Virus record (IMG/VR): IMGVR_UViG_3300035527_000247
Span: 1-37,822 of that record
DNA length: 37,822 bases
Source: a virus
Taxonomy: Duplodnaviria; Caudoviricetes
Strand: one strand, 5' to 3'
The stretch's first letter is position 1. Every line of letters begins with the position of its first letter. Shown here piece after piece: positions 26,375-35,673 of this stretch. Below the pieces are notes generated by a model. The model searched no databases and was not told the origin of the DNA. It saw only the letters and a list, made by a program, of their open reading frames with translations. The position numbers were made by a program, and so were the translations under genes.

Positions 26375-26895
26375 TTCTTATTCCTCAACCTGTAAAAACC
26401 CTCTGTCTTTTTACTCCAACTCTCATCACCAAGCCTTGAAACCACAACGCCTTTTCTGCAACAGTGGATAAACTTCCTGTTCTTAAACACGATACCCGCA
26501 TGATTAGAAATGCCTCTTGAATTGACAAAAAGGATGCCGTCCAAAACATCAGGTCGTGATACTTTTTCCCAATCGTTCTCGTAATTCTCTTTAAAGTAAT
26601 CTTTGCCACGAAGCCCCCAGATCTTCTCATACTCAAGGTTTTCTATATCGAACAACTCAAACCCAAGATCGGCATACACCAGCTTCAAGAAACCCCAGCA
26701 ATCAAGACCGCTTAAAGTCCTGCCCCTGTGCTTGTAGGGAATACCGAGGTACTTATCAACGATCAGCTTCTCTACATGATGTAAATCCGTCTCATCGGAA
26801 CCGAAGGAAAACCGCCGAACCTCTGGTAATTGTCCAGTTGTTTGCATCTCTGTTGTGTTTTGTCGCATGTTAATTCTGCTCCTGCATACCCGCAC
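26368..26895 (-). CDS. NlpC/P60 tail-associated protein (gpK-like); start uncertain
   Basis: YLGIPYKHRGR...GLDCWG...HAGI...FIHC; lies between the gpL- and gpIJ-like genes. Confidence 0.85.
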   Translation of the reverse strand: MRVCRSRINMRQNTTEMQTTGQLPEVRRFSFGSDETDLHHVEKLIVDKYLGIPYKHRGRTLSGLDCWGFLKLVYADLGFELFDIENLEYEKIWGLRGKDYFKENYENDWEKVSRPDVLDGILFVNSRGISNHAGIVFKNRKFIHCCRKGVVVSRLGDESWSKKTEGFYRLRNKKW

Positions 26896-27383
26896 TCAGC
26901 GGATTTAAACTTCCACACACAATAATTGCGTGCATACCTTCGTGCCGGTAAATCAATGCCCAGCACATCAAACTTTCCCGTAAGCGTAAACTCAACGTTG
27001 CTCTGATCCGCTGTATAATTATCAATATAAAAAACGTCATCAATATACGCATCTGGATCCGCTAACTGATCCGCCCAAACAGTGCGAATGATCACTTTCT
27101 TTCCACGAAAATCGTACTGCTCAAGGTAAAACTCAATCAATCGTGATACGTTAGCCAGTGTGATTTTTACCTGATCAATCTGTCCCTGATTATTTTCAGC
27201 CACAAACTCATGCTTGATAGGGAACTTTGTGTAAACCTTTCCAGCAAATGTCACATCCTGATCGAACCCTGCAAAGTTAAGATCATCTACGCCGTCATAC
27301 TCTTTAAGCATGTATAAAAAAATAGGGGCATTTTCCTTCTTTGCCTTCTCTGCTTTAAATGTGGCGTTAAGATCTCTTGGCAT
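26772..27383 (-). CDS. Minor tail protein L-like
   Basis: C-terminal LPARRY..NYCVWKFKSAECGY...CDKT...C...N..RFGGFP carries the four Cys typical of gpL Fe-S binding. Confidence 0.88.
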   Translation of the reverse strand: MPRDLNATFKAEKAKKENAPIFLYMLKEYDGVDDLNFAGFDQDVTFAGKVYTKFPIKHEFVAENNQGQIDQVKITLANVSRLIEFYLEQYDFRGKKVIIRTVWADQLADPDAYIDDVFYIDNYTADQSNVEFTLTGKFDVLGIDLPARRYARNYCVWKFKSAECGYAGAELTCDKTQQRCKQLDNYQRFGGFPSVPMRRIYIM

Positions 27384-27721
27384 TACTTCACCTCGATTAA
27401 TTCAAACTCAAAGTCATAGACTTCGTGAGCCTTCATAGAATATTTAAAACTGTCCTCATTGAACCTGACAGTGTACTCAACCGAATCGTTAGGATTCGTC
27501 CACGTAAACGCTGTAAAAGAACCGTACTTGCTTGCGAAAAAGTCTCGCACAGCCTGCATATCAGCTTTAATACGATTCCTAAAACGGAGTCGCCACTTGC
27601 GTTGCGGGTTTTCCCATTTGCGCCGTCTCTGCTCGGCACCGCTCTCAAATTCCGAAACGATCGTCTTGTACTCAAGCGTTTCTTCAAAAACAAAATCTGG
27701 TAAACATGTAAATTCACTCAT
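27383..27721 (-). CDS. Distal tail protein (gpM/DUF2460-like)
   Basis: FESGAEQRR...FF....G....FTWTNP...VRF; directly after the tape measure gene. Confidence 0.8.
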   Translation of the reverse strand: MSEFTCLPDFVFEETLEYKTIVSEFESGAEQRRRKWENPQRKWRLRFRNRIKADMQAVRDFFASKYGSFTAFTWTNPNDSVEYTVRFNEDSFKYSMKAHEVYDFEFELIEVK

Positions 27722-29490
27722 GTGTAATTCCTAATAACAGATCTAATTTTTCCGTTGTTATAAATGTCATCCGCAATAGCGTTTGAAAGCATTTTGCGGT
27801 TACGCCAAACATCCTGTGCGTCCCATGCCTGAACAACTTGGTTCACATTAATAGTCACACCGCCTCCGGATACACCTTCGCCATTGTTTAAAGCTCTGAG
27901 ATTGTCAGAACCGCCCAAAGCGTTCATGCCTCTGCGTGAAAGCACGCCTTCACCAGTCTGTGCGATTATAGGCACCTCATCCGGAGCAAGCCCATCATGA
28001 GCCCGTATTAGTCCACCCTGATGTTTCCTGACCATACCGCCACGGTGGAACAAAGCACCGACAGACACCCCGAATATCTGACCACTGGGTCCGGCCATTG
28101 CGGTAAACATCTTGATAAGCAGTAGCCTTGCCAAAATGTTTGAAATCATCTGTAAGATCGCACGCCCAAAGTCCGCAAAGACTTCTTTGACACTGCGTAG
28201 CTCACCAGTGAACGCTTTAAAGAAGAACTGCGAAAAAGCGTTCTGCATATTACGTGCTGACTGCTTTGCAAATTCTTCCATTGCGCTGAACTGTTTTGTT
28301 GCTTCTTGTGCCGTCTCGCCAATTTGACCAGCAACATCCCTCAACACCTTCGCTGTATTAGCACCTGTCTCTTGAACCTTAGCAAACACAAGCTCATACT
28401 GTTCAATGGCGTCTCTGGCGCTATCCTCAGCCGCAAGTTTAAACGCCTGACGTGCTTGATCTAATCCTTGAGTAAGACCGCTGACATTAAAATTGATCTT
28501 TTTCTCCTCAAGGCTGGCTGAAAACTTTTCAACCTCTAAAGAAGCCTGACGATAAGTCTCGCCAATATTGCCGGGCAATTTCCCGAGAAGATCATAAAAC
28601 TTAATGAGTGGAACCATCATCTTTTGGAAAAACTCAATGCCTATACTTAAAAGACCGTTCAATGCGTTGGTGATCCCCTGAACAAAACCTTTGACAGCTA
28701 AAGAACCGTATTCAAGAACAGTAAAAATACCTGTTACAAGATGATTCATAAACGCCTGCAAGAATCCAAGTACATGCCATAAAGCTTGTCCTACCTTTAC
28801 CGCAAAATCTTCCCACTGAGCTTTTAGCTTCTGCATTTTCTCCAGCCTAGTCATAGTAGAAGTGTCTATCTGTTGAAGAATACGTTCACCAGCTTCCAGT
28901 GTTGCGTTTAAGAAGGCTTGCTTGCGTTCCATTTCGGTTAAGTCTTTTGCAGACTTACCGACAGACTTTGCATACTTCTCGTATGCGTCTCCCGCACTAA
29001 CGATAATCCCTAAATTATCTAGAATTAGTTTTGACTGACGACCAACACCGATAGCAATACTCTCAAACATGTATCCGACATCTTTCCCGAATGCACGTGC
29101 CGAGGCACGAGATATTTCCATCATCTTGGCAAGTTTAGTAGGATCAAGACCTAAGATCATTGCCTGTGAGGCTTTTTCCATGATCTGTGCGGTAGACATC
29201 GTCTCACCGGACATCTTGCGTAGATCGCTGATAATTTTGCTCGAACTCATCCCGAGCGAAGACGCAAGATTCTCAAAAGCCATCTTCTGTTGCTCAACTT
29301 TTGCACCAAGCTCCATAAGCTCCCACGCTTTGCGTAGAGCCATGATAGCCGCTGTAACTGAGGCAGTGATCGCAAGCCAGTTCTTCTTCCAAGAATTTGC
29401 GAACCTCTGCAAATTACCTCGAACACCTTCAAGACGTTTTGAGGCTTCGTCTTTTAACTTTAAAATTATGGATAACTGTTTATTTGTCAT
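27718..29490 (-). CDS. Tail tape measure protein
   Basis: 590 aa, Ala-rich and helical, ILDNLGI motif, C-terminal FHRGG...DEVPIIAQTGEGVL; follows the chaperone genes. Confidence 0.9.
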   Translation of the reverse strand: MTNKQLSIILKLKDEASKRLEGVRGNLQRFANSWKKNWLAITASVTAAIMALRKAWELMELGAKVEQQKMAFENLASSLGMSSSKIISDLRKMSGETMSTAQIMEKASQAMILGLDPTKLAKMMEISRASARAFGKDVGYMFESIAIGVGRQSKLILDNLGIIVSAGDAYEKYAKSVGKSAKDLTEMERKQAFLNATLEAGERILQQIDTSTMTRLEKMQKLKAQWEDFAVKVGQALWHVLGFLQAFMNHLVTGIFTVLEYGSLAVKGFVQGITNALNGLLSIGIEFFQKMMVPLIKFYDLLGKLPGNIGETYRQASLEVEKFSASLEEKKINFNVSGLTQGLDQARQAFKLAAEDSARDAIEQYELVFAKVQETGANTAKVLRDVAGQIGETAQEATKQFSAMEEFAKQSARNMQNAFSQFFFKAFTGELRSVKEVFADFGRAILQMISNILARLLLIKMFTAMAGPSGQIFGVSVGALFHRGGMVRKHQGGLIRAHDGLAPDEVPIIAQTGEGVLSRRGMNALGGSDNLRALNNGEGVSGGGVTINVNQVVQAWDAQDVWRNRKMLSNAIADDIYNNGKIRSVIRNYT

Positions 29491-29816
29491 CGCTTAAACC
29501 GATTCCTTCTTTTTTCACGCTCAAACTCTAACGATTGAAGCGCCTTCTCAATGACCTCGAATGCATCAATCAATTTTGCCGGTTGATCCAGCCAAGTGCC
29601 TGCGTTGGGAAGATAACCTTGCTTATAAAACTGAAATGCCCTTAGAAAATTCGCCGACTGACGTTTGACGATTTTGAAAGGGCATCCTCTATACTGCTGA
29701 CCGTTAAGCTCCCAGATCTCCTGACCCGGCACTTCATATTCACATTTAATCTTTCTCCCGCCTAAACAGCTATGGCAGTTCACGGTGAGGTCACCCAAAT
29801 GAACCGCCAGTATCAG
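29487..29816 (-). CDS. Tail assembly chaperone frameshift extension (gpT-like)
   Basis: Open in the -1 frame from the slippery site A AAA AAC at the end of the chaperone gene; contains GYLPNAGTWLDQP. Confidence 0.8.
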   Translation of the reverse strand: MILAVHLGDLTVNCHSCLGGRKIKCEYEVPGQEIWELNGQQYRGCPFKIVKRQSANFLRAFQFYKQGYLPNAGTWLDQPAKLIDAFEVIEKALQSLEFEREKRRNRFKR

Positions 29817-30238
29817 TTTTTTTGTTCATCCTCCGAAAGTCTTGATTCGTTCAAAATGACTTCGGACAATTCTGTCCTGAGTTCATTCGGAAACATGGCA
29901 ATAATCCTATCGGGAACGACATCCCGCATTTTGCCAGCGTAATGAATTGTCTCGAACTTCAGCTCCATAGGCTTTCTGGTCTGCGGATCGAGGAAATTAT
30001 CCATGCCCTTAATCCCAAACTTAATCGCCATGATCTGACGCTTATTCCAATTAAGCCTGACCTTAGCTTTATCGTTCGGGTTTGTTGAACTCATCTCATA
30101 AGAACTGCTCTCATCATCGACTTCCGCACGCAATACTGGGTCGAGTAGCCCAATATGAAATACTGTCGGATTATTTTTGTCCGGATCGAGTTTTGAAATA
30201 TGTTGTCTTGTCGAATTAATATCAATACCTGTAAGCAT
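29813..30238 (-). CDS. Tail assembly chaperone (gpG-like)
   Basis: Lies between tail tube and tape measure; ends ...EDEQKN* on CAA AAA AAC TGA. Confidence 0.82.
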   Translation of the reverse strand: MLTGIDINSTRQHISKLDPDKNNPTVFHIGLLDPVLRAEVDDESSSYEMSSTNPNDKAKVRLNWNKRQIMAIKFGIKGMDNFLDPQTRKPMELKFETIHYAGKMRDVVPDRIIAMFPNELRTELSEVILNESRLSEDEQKN

Positions 30239-30252
30239 AAAATACCTCCTGT

Positions 30253-31404
30253 TTAGATTAGTAATATTGCTAGTTCATCATCGCCGGGTTCCATAGATCC
30301 TGTTAAATCAAATGAAGTCTGAGCAAGTTGGATCCCATCACGATCACCATCATCAACCTTGTTGTATACAATGCTAGGAGCATAAAACCTGAATTTATTG
30401 CCATCAGTTTCTCCGTAAGCAAGGTCAAGAACCATGGGCGTGTTGTTAAACCACTTCGTGAAGAAGTCATGCGTTGCTACAGGCACCATTTCGGGATTAA
30501 ACGTTCCCTGCATGTCACGCCCTGTAATCATGTAAGACAAAATGCCTTTGGCATCGTCGATCTTATCTTTTGAGGCAAGAGTATTCGCAACATCAATCTC
30601 AACCTCGCCGACATTGAGCGAAACACCGTCACATGCCATAGTGGCGTTTAAAAGAACAGGCGGTACCGTTGCGTCAAAAGTTACACCCGAAAGCATAGGC
30701 ACATCCGCAACCCCGGATTCAACACCTTTAAAGCTGAAATCAAGCATCGCCGGTTCGCCGATCTTGAAATTAAACTTAACTGTTCCTCGGCAACCTTTAA
30801 TGACTTTGCGTACGCCATCTTCAAATAGTCCCATAGTCAAAGAGAGAATCGAACTGCTGATAGGCTTTAACTCATAACCTGAATCCGCAGGATCTCCCAA
30901 GGCTGTTGATGTTGCTCCTGATGTCCCGCCATTCAATAAATCACCACTCTCAAGCGTTCCTGTTACAGGTACGAAGTAAAGAATGGAAGCACCAGTAGCC
31001 GTCTCAACAACAACTCTGCCGGTTGCTCCTGAAGTGTCACCAGTAACAATCTCGCCGTGCTGATAAGGTCCGCCAGTAATCGCACCGATTGCGATCTTCT
31101 TTAAAGCATTAACCGCAAAACCGCATGCCCTGACAAGGTCTGCCCACTCAGGTTCTTGCGTTAAAGACCCCGAACCTTTTAACTCAATACTGAAATCTAT
31201 ACCGGCAGACCTTTTCCCTGCGAGTTTACCCATCTTCGTAAGTGAAGCCCTGACCGGATCCCGCTGATACATTTGTGGATCATAATTTGCTTTCGGCGAA
31301 AAATTGACCAGTATCCCGGCGTCAATAGCCGCAAGTGTCTCGGCGATACCTTCAACTGATTCAATCTTAGCCGCAAGCTGTCGTTTTCTTACAAGCATTG
31401 ACAT
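30253..31404 (-). CDS. Major tail tube protein
   Basis: 383 aa with FSIELKGSG, IKGCRGTV, YMITGRD and GDRDGI motifs; position after the tail terminator. Confidence 0.8.
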   Translation of the reverse strand: MSMLVRKRQLAAKIESVEGIAETLAAIDAGILVNFSPKANYDPQMYQRDPVRASLTKMGKLAGKRSAGIDFSIELKGSGSLTQEPEWADLVRACGFAVNALKKIAIGAITGGPYQHGEIVTGDTSGATGRVVVETATGASILYFVPVTGTLESGDLLNGGTSGATSTALGDPADSGYELKPISSSILSLTMGLFEDGVRKVIKGCRGTVKFNFKIGEPAMLDFSFKGVESGVADVPMLSGVTFDATVPPVLLNATMACDGVSLNVGEVEIDVANTLASKDKIDDAKGILSYMITGRDMQGTFNPEMVPVATHDFFTKWFNNTPMVLDLAYGETDGNKFRFYAPSIVYNKVDDGDRDGIQLAQTSFDLTGSMEPGDDELAILLI

Positions 31405-31416
31405 ATGCGTCCTCCT

Positions 31417-31884
31417 TTAGTTCTTTGCAGTAGGATCCGTCCGCAAATGACGGTAACGAACCCTGATCTCCATGATTATCCCCGCATACGGTTGCGCCTC
31501 GGTCGTTTCAAACGGCGTTGTCCCCAAAACATCTGTATCGATCGCTTCACCGCCACGAGTGGTATCCTGCAAAACTGCTTTTTTAATATCTCCCTGTAAT
31601 CTATTTAAATATGTATCTGTCGGCACTGGGTCGTTCTCATCATTCACGTAAAAAATATCGAGGTATACCGACAGCAGACATTCTTCATAAGGATGGGGCG
31701 AACTTGATTCGTCCTCATCTCCCGGACTGATAACAACCATAGGCATATCGACCATACGGTTGCCATGCATTGACCACCGCTGGACTGTGCCGGGCGTAAA
31801 ATCAAAGTTATACCCGTCGGCAATAGTAACGCCTTCAATGGTCGCCTTAATATTCTGTAAAATCCGTTCTCTTACTGTTTCCAT
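31417..31884 (-). CDS. Tail terminator-like protein
   Basis: METVRERILQNI...DIKKAVLQD.TRGGEAIDT; synteny. Confidence 0.7.
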   Translation of the reverse strand: METVRERILQNIKATIEGVTIADGYNFDFTPGTVQRWSMHGNRMVDMPMVVISPGDEDESSSPHPYEECLLSVYLDIFYVNDENDPVPTDTYLNRLQGDIKKAVLQDTTRGGEAIDTDVLGTTPFETTEAQPYAGIIMEIRVRYRHLRTDPTAKN

Positions 31885-32492
31885 TAAATCTTCCTCAACG
31901 CTTTATCTATTGAATTGTTCAAAATATTGATCCTGTAATCACCAAGACCGTCCCAAGTCCTGTAAAACCCCAAACGTGGCTGAATCCGCACCTGCCGTTT
32001 GAGAACATAAAGGGGTAAAATCTTCTGGGCACGTTTAGTAACCCGAGCAAGAAAAGTTTTACCCTTAAACCGCATCCGCTTAACATTCTTTAAAGACCTC
32101 GGCTGTTTATACCGACTGCGGAGTTTGCCTCTTGCGGTAAACATCTGCTTGCGTGCGGATAGCGGAACAGCAAGTCTACCACCGCCGGGATCAGTAACAG
32201 TTCCGCCAGTCTCGTGAAGTTTCGCTATTTTGGAATCGGAAAATATCTCGATCCCCATTCCTTCAATAGTGGGAGATACAAGAAACACCCGCTTAAACGT
32301 ACCGAACAGGCCGTGACCTGAAGCTCCACGCACACCCGGAGGTCCCTGCAACTGCTGTTGCCTGAACCTTTTCAAGAATCCTTTGCCGATACGATCCATG
32401 CCGTCGGCTAACTCAAACTTCAGGACTCTCGGAGCAATCTTTATTGCCCGGTCAAGCGCACGTTTGTCTATTTCTGTCGTTAACTGAACCAT
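31884..32492 (-). CDS. Tail completion / neck protein
   Basis: Basic protein with AKLHETGG and LAVPL motifs. Start reassigned to 32492 (TAATG overlap with the upstream gene). Confidence 0.65.
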   Translation of the reverse strand: MVQLTTEIDKRALDRAIKIAPRVLKFELADGMDRIGKGFLKRFRQQQLQGPPGVRGASGHGLFGTFKRVFLVSPTIEGMGIEIFSDSKIAKLHETGGTVTDPGGGRLAVPLSARKQMFTARGKLRSRYKQPRSLKNVKRMRFKGKTFLARVTKRAQKILPLYVLKRQVRIQPRLGFYRTWDGLGDYRINILNNSIDKALRKI

Positions 32493-32836
32493 TACCACCC
32501 CACAAGTAAATGCCACATGCCTTCATCACGATTTAAGACATCGTTTATTCTTGCTTCACGATCGAATCCTTCCGTGTCCTTCAGGGTAATCCGGTCGTCC
32601 TTCTTACTTATTTGCGTAACCCCTTCAACAGCATCGTTGGCGATATAGACTTCCGCTTGCTTTTTCAAAGAACGGTTGATGTTTTCTTCAGCCGGAGCAA
32701 GCTCGTACCTGACAACGATAGCTCTGACCACTCTTGATCCGACACCTTCTGCGGTATATGTGATCTCCTCAGCAAACTCATCGGTGTTTAAAAACACTCC
32801 GTGACCGTCCTGTGCCATCTGTGCCTTTAAAGTCAT
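32492..32836 (-). CDS. Head-tail joining protein (gpFII-like)
   Basis: VFLNTDEFAEEITY motif; 114 aa; synteny. Confidence 0.7.
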   Translation of the reverse strand: MTLKAQMAQDGHGVFLNTDEFAEEITYTAEGVGSRVVRAIVVRYELAPAEENINRSLKKQAEVYIANDAVEGVTQISKKDDRITLKDTEGFDREARINDVLNRDEGMWHLLVGW

Positions 32837-33201
32837 TTGATCACCTTCTCAGCTAAGAGAGCCGCAAAGTGAAAAGCAAGACTTACAAGACCACCGCCAA
32901 AACTGATCACGGCAATAAAGAACACCGCCTGTTTAAAACGTCCCGCCCATTCAGAGCTGTCACGCACAAGAGGAATAAACTCATCCATTTTTTCTTTTAT
33001 CTGAACGATGGTCGCTGATAATCCGTTATCAATGCGGTCTTTGATATGCTTCACATCGCCCGAAAGCTCTGCGAAGCGGATATCAGCTTCCCGCAGTTTT
33101 TCCTCGTGTTCCTTTAACTGCTCTTTAACAGTCTTGAACTCACGACCTGAAGCGTCATGCTTTTCTTTACAGACCTCTTTTGTTACGCAATTCTCCTGCA
33201 T
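32833..33201 (-). CDS. Coiled-coil protein with a C-terminal transmembrane helix (possible lysis/holin-like)
   Basis: Coiled-coil N-terminus and hydrophobic AVFFIAVISFGGGLVSLAF. Confidence 0.55.
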   Translation of the reverse strand: MQENCVTKEVCKEKHDASGREFKTVKEQLKEHEEKLREADIRFAELSGDVKHIKDRIDNGLSATIVQIKEKMDEFIPLVRDSSEWAGRFKQAVFFIAVISFGGGLVSLAFHFAALLAEKVIK

Positions 33202-33220
33202 ATAAAAACCCCAAGTTGTG

Positions 33221-33243
33221 CAGGGGAGCTAAAAGCCCCCCTG
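33221..33243 (-). terminator. Stem-loop after the major capsid gene (weak terminator or mRNA stabiliser)
   Basis: Minus strand CAGGGGGGCT-TTT-AGCTCCCCTG; no immediate T-tract. Confidence 0.5.
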
Positions 33244-33248
33244 ACAGA

Positions 33249-34205
33249 TTAAGCATCAACTTTCATCAAATGAGCAAAGTACGGATCGATGATCATTTCA
33301 TCGACGTGCTGTCTCACACGGAAGATATCGCTTCTTGCGGAATCATCCCTGTACTGCTCAACAGTTGCGTTCTCGGGGCTGTCACCCGTCCACAAAAACG
33401 TCCTGCCCATAGTAGGATCAGAAAGTTTTTGACCTTCGCCGATCACCGCAAGCATTGCGTAATCGTCACTCCAGATATCCGCACCCTGAAACGCTTTGCC
33501 TTCCTTGGCGGTGTTATAAATCGCTCGGCCGACAAGAATCTTTTTGATCCCTAAAATGTCAGCCAATGCGTTCAACAGCTCCGCTTCGGTCAATCTTGCG
33601 ACATATTGGATCGCACCCTTAATACCGTCGTTTGCAATCAGCCTGTCGAGATTGGCTTTACTGATGACAAGCGTCTGAGGATCCATACCGCAGTTTTTTC
33701 TGACCTTTTCACGGACTTCACGAACCTGTTCAATAACCTCTGAAGATTTATTGTCCCAAGGTGCGGCTGAATAATCCGTGTACAGGTTGGAACCTGAAAA
33801 GGTAGCCGTATCAAACACTGCTGATGCGATCCTTTTCTCCTGCGCCTGAAGAACCCTGCGGGTAATTATCTGAACGGTTGTAAGCTCTGAATCGAAATCA
33901 GTGGCATACATTTCACGCTCGGAATCATCCAGAGGCCCTTCAAGACCATGTTCCTCGCAGTTGTACTGGCGGTCTTTTGCCTGAAAAGAATCCCTGTTGT
34001 AATTACCTCTCGGAGCACGTTTGGTGTCCGCTTCCCGGGTAATACTTTCTCTGGTGATAGCAGGGAAAATGCTTGCTTTCTTCATAGTTCTGAAAATAGG
34101 AAGCACACGTGTACCGATAAATTCATCCGCATTCTGGATAAACTCCAAAGCCGCTTCCCCAAGCTCCAGTCTCGGCACTGCTCTTGTTCCTTGATAGTCT
34201 GGCAT
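33249..34205 (-). CDS. Major capsid protein (lambda gpE-like, HK97 fold)
   Basis: 318 aa after the protease and decoration genes, strong RBS AAGGAGG, followed by a hairpin. Confidence 0.85.
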   Translation of the reverse strand: MPDYQGTRAVPRLELGEAALEFIQNADEFIGTRVLPIFRTMKKASIFPAITRESITREADTKRAPRGNYNRDSFQAKDRQYNCEEHGLEGPLDDSEREMYATDFDSELTTVQIITRRVLQAQEKRIASAVFDTATFSGSNLYTDYSAAPWDNKSSEVIEQVREVREKVRKNCGMDPQTLVISKANLDRLIANDGIKGAIQYVARLTEAELLNALADILGIKKILVGRAIYNTAKEGKAFQGADIWSDDYAMLAVIGEGQKLSDPTMGRTFLWTGDSPENATVEQYRDDSARSDIFRVRQHVDEMIIDPYFAHLMKVDA

Positions 34206-34227
34206 TTTAATTTCCTCCTTTAATTGT

Positions 34228-34581
34228 TTAGGCGACTAACACTTCAACGACTTCCAAATCGTCCGCTGATTCTTCCAAGACTTTTCCCTGAATCGACCCG
34301 CTCACAACCGCAGAAACTTTTCCGTCATCCGCTCCGTAAAAATCTCCACCGGCGCTGATCGCATCGAGGGCAACAACCTTGAACGTGCGTCCCCGTGTTT
34401 TCAAATCAACCGTTATATGCTCGCCCTGACTGGCTTTAGCGGCTGTTATACCGATAAAATCTTCTCCGGCGTCAGCATACTCAACCTGAGATCCGCTACC
34501 GGCTGATAGCTTCACCCTGCGGTAAGCCTCTAAATCTTCTCCCGCAACAAATGCTTTTGATCCAATATTAAACTGTGACAT
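34228..34581 (-). CDS. Capsid decoration/cement protein (DUF2190-like)
   Basis: 117 aa, Ala/Gly-rich, AGEDLEAYRRVKL and AISAGGDFYGADDGKV; between protease and capsid. Confidence 0.7.
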   Translation of the reverse strand: MSQFNIGSKAFVAGEDLEAYRRVKLSAGSGSQVEYADAGEDFIGITAAKASQGEHITVDLKTRGRTFKVVALDAISAGGDFYGADDGKVSAVVSGSIQGKVLEESADDLEVVEVLVA

Positions 34582-34599
34582 TTTGCTCCTCCTTTTTCT

Positions 34600-35673
34600 T
34601 TAAGCGTCTTGTTTTGCGGTTGCTTTTAACGCGTCGGTTATGCTTCCACCATGCTCTCTCTGAAAAGCTTTCGCTCTTTCAAGATGAGTTAATTTCTTCT
34701 TCGGTTCTTCCTCGCCATCAGGCCCGACTTTTGGAGCTGAAGCATTGTCCAGATCGTCTAGCCGTTTCTGCTGGAAGTTAATAACCGCCTGATCCAAAGT
34801 GATCCCTTGCTCAACAGCTTCCAAAGCCATATCGTTTAAACCTTCAAACGCCTGTGCTTTTTTAAGAATCGAAACTGCCCGATCCCTCTCCTGCTGAACA
34901 CCCGAAGCACTTCCTTCCTGAAAGATCGAATCAAAAAGATCCTTTCTCTCCGTCTTTAACTGCTCTAGCGTTAACTCGTTCATCACTGCTACCTCCTTAT
35001 GTTTTTTTGTAACCATATCTCTGTTAACCCTATATCTATTTAAAAACCCGATTGTTTTTTCTACCGCATCAGGATTGTTCAGGAATTTATCCAAGAACGA
35101 TGTCATTTCGTACGACGGCAACACGCTGTCAGAAAAAAACATACTTCCGAAAAAACCGTTATTGGCCGCCGGGTCATCCACGACATCAACAGAGAGAAGT
35201 TTCTGAACCCGGATAAACGGCGGTAGTCCGTTTCCCTCCGAATCCAATTCTTCCCGTGGTTCCTCATCCCAGTGGATAACCATTGACGCTCCGAACATTT
35301 CGGGATCGCTCTCGGCAAGTTTCATCACGTAACCAGCTAAGTCGCCGTCCGGAGTGTCAAAGGCGGTCTTATCCACATGCAAATCAGCCCTGACGATATC
35401 GCTGTCACGCCTGAAATTGCGTACTCTGCCTAAAAACGTGCCTAACGCCGTACTACTCATATTGGGATGACCAAATCTGGACTTAATGCCGACCTTTGAT
35501 TTGTTCCCGAGATTAACAACCATATCCAAAGCCTGATCGTCAAACTCGCCCCGTGAGTCTTTCGTCATGCCTTTGGTCACAACTGCGAATCCATGAATGA
35601 CTGCGTTTTCCTTATCAATCTTGACATCACCAGCACGAGCGATATCTGTTCTAAAAAAATCTTTCTTCATCAT
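34600..35673 (-). CDS. Prohead protease / scaffold fusion
   Basis: KSRFGHP, FGASMV and SVDVVDDPAAN protease-like motifs with a helical C-terminal scaffold (QERDRAVSIL). Confidence 0.75.
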   Translation of the reverse strand: MMKKDFFRTDIARAGDVKIDKENAVIHGFAVVTKGMTKDSRGEFDDQALDMVVNLGNKSKVGIKSRFGHPNMSSTALGTFLGRVRNFRRDSDIVRADLHVDKTAFDTPDGDLAGYVMKLAESDPEMFGASMVIHWDEEPREELDSEGNGLPPFIRVQKLLSVDVVDDPAANNGFFGSMFFSDSVLPSYEMTSFLDKFLNNPDAVEKTIGFLNRYRVNRDMVTKKHKEVAVMNELTLEQLKTERKDLFDSIFQEGSASGVQQERDRAVSILKKAQAFEGLNDMALEAVEQGITLDQAVINFQQKRLDDLDNASAPKVGPDGEEEPKKKLTHLERAKAFQREHGGSITDALKATAKQDA

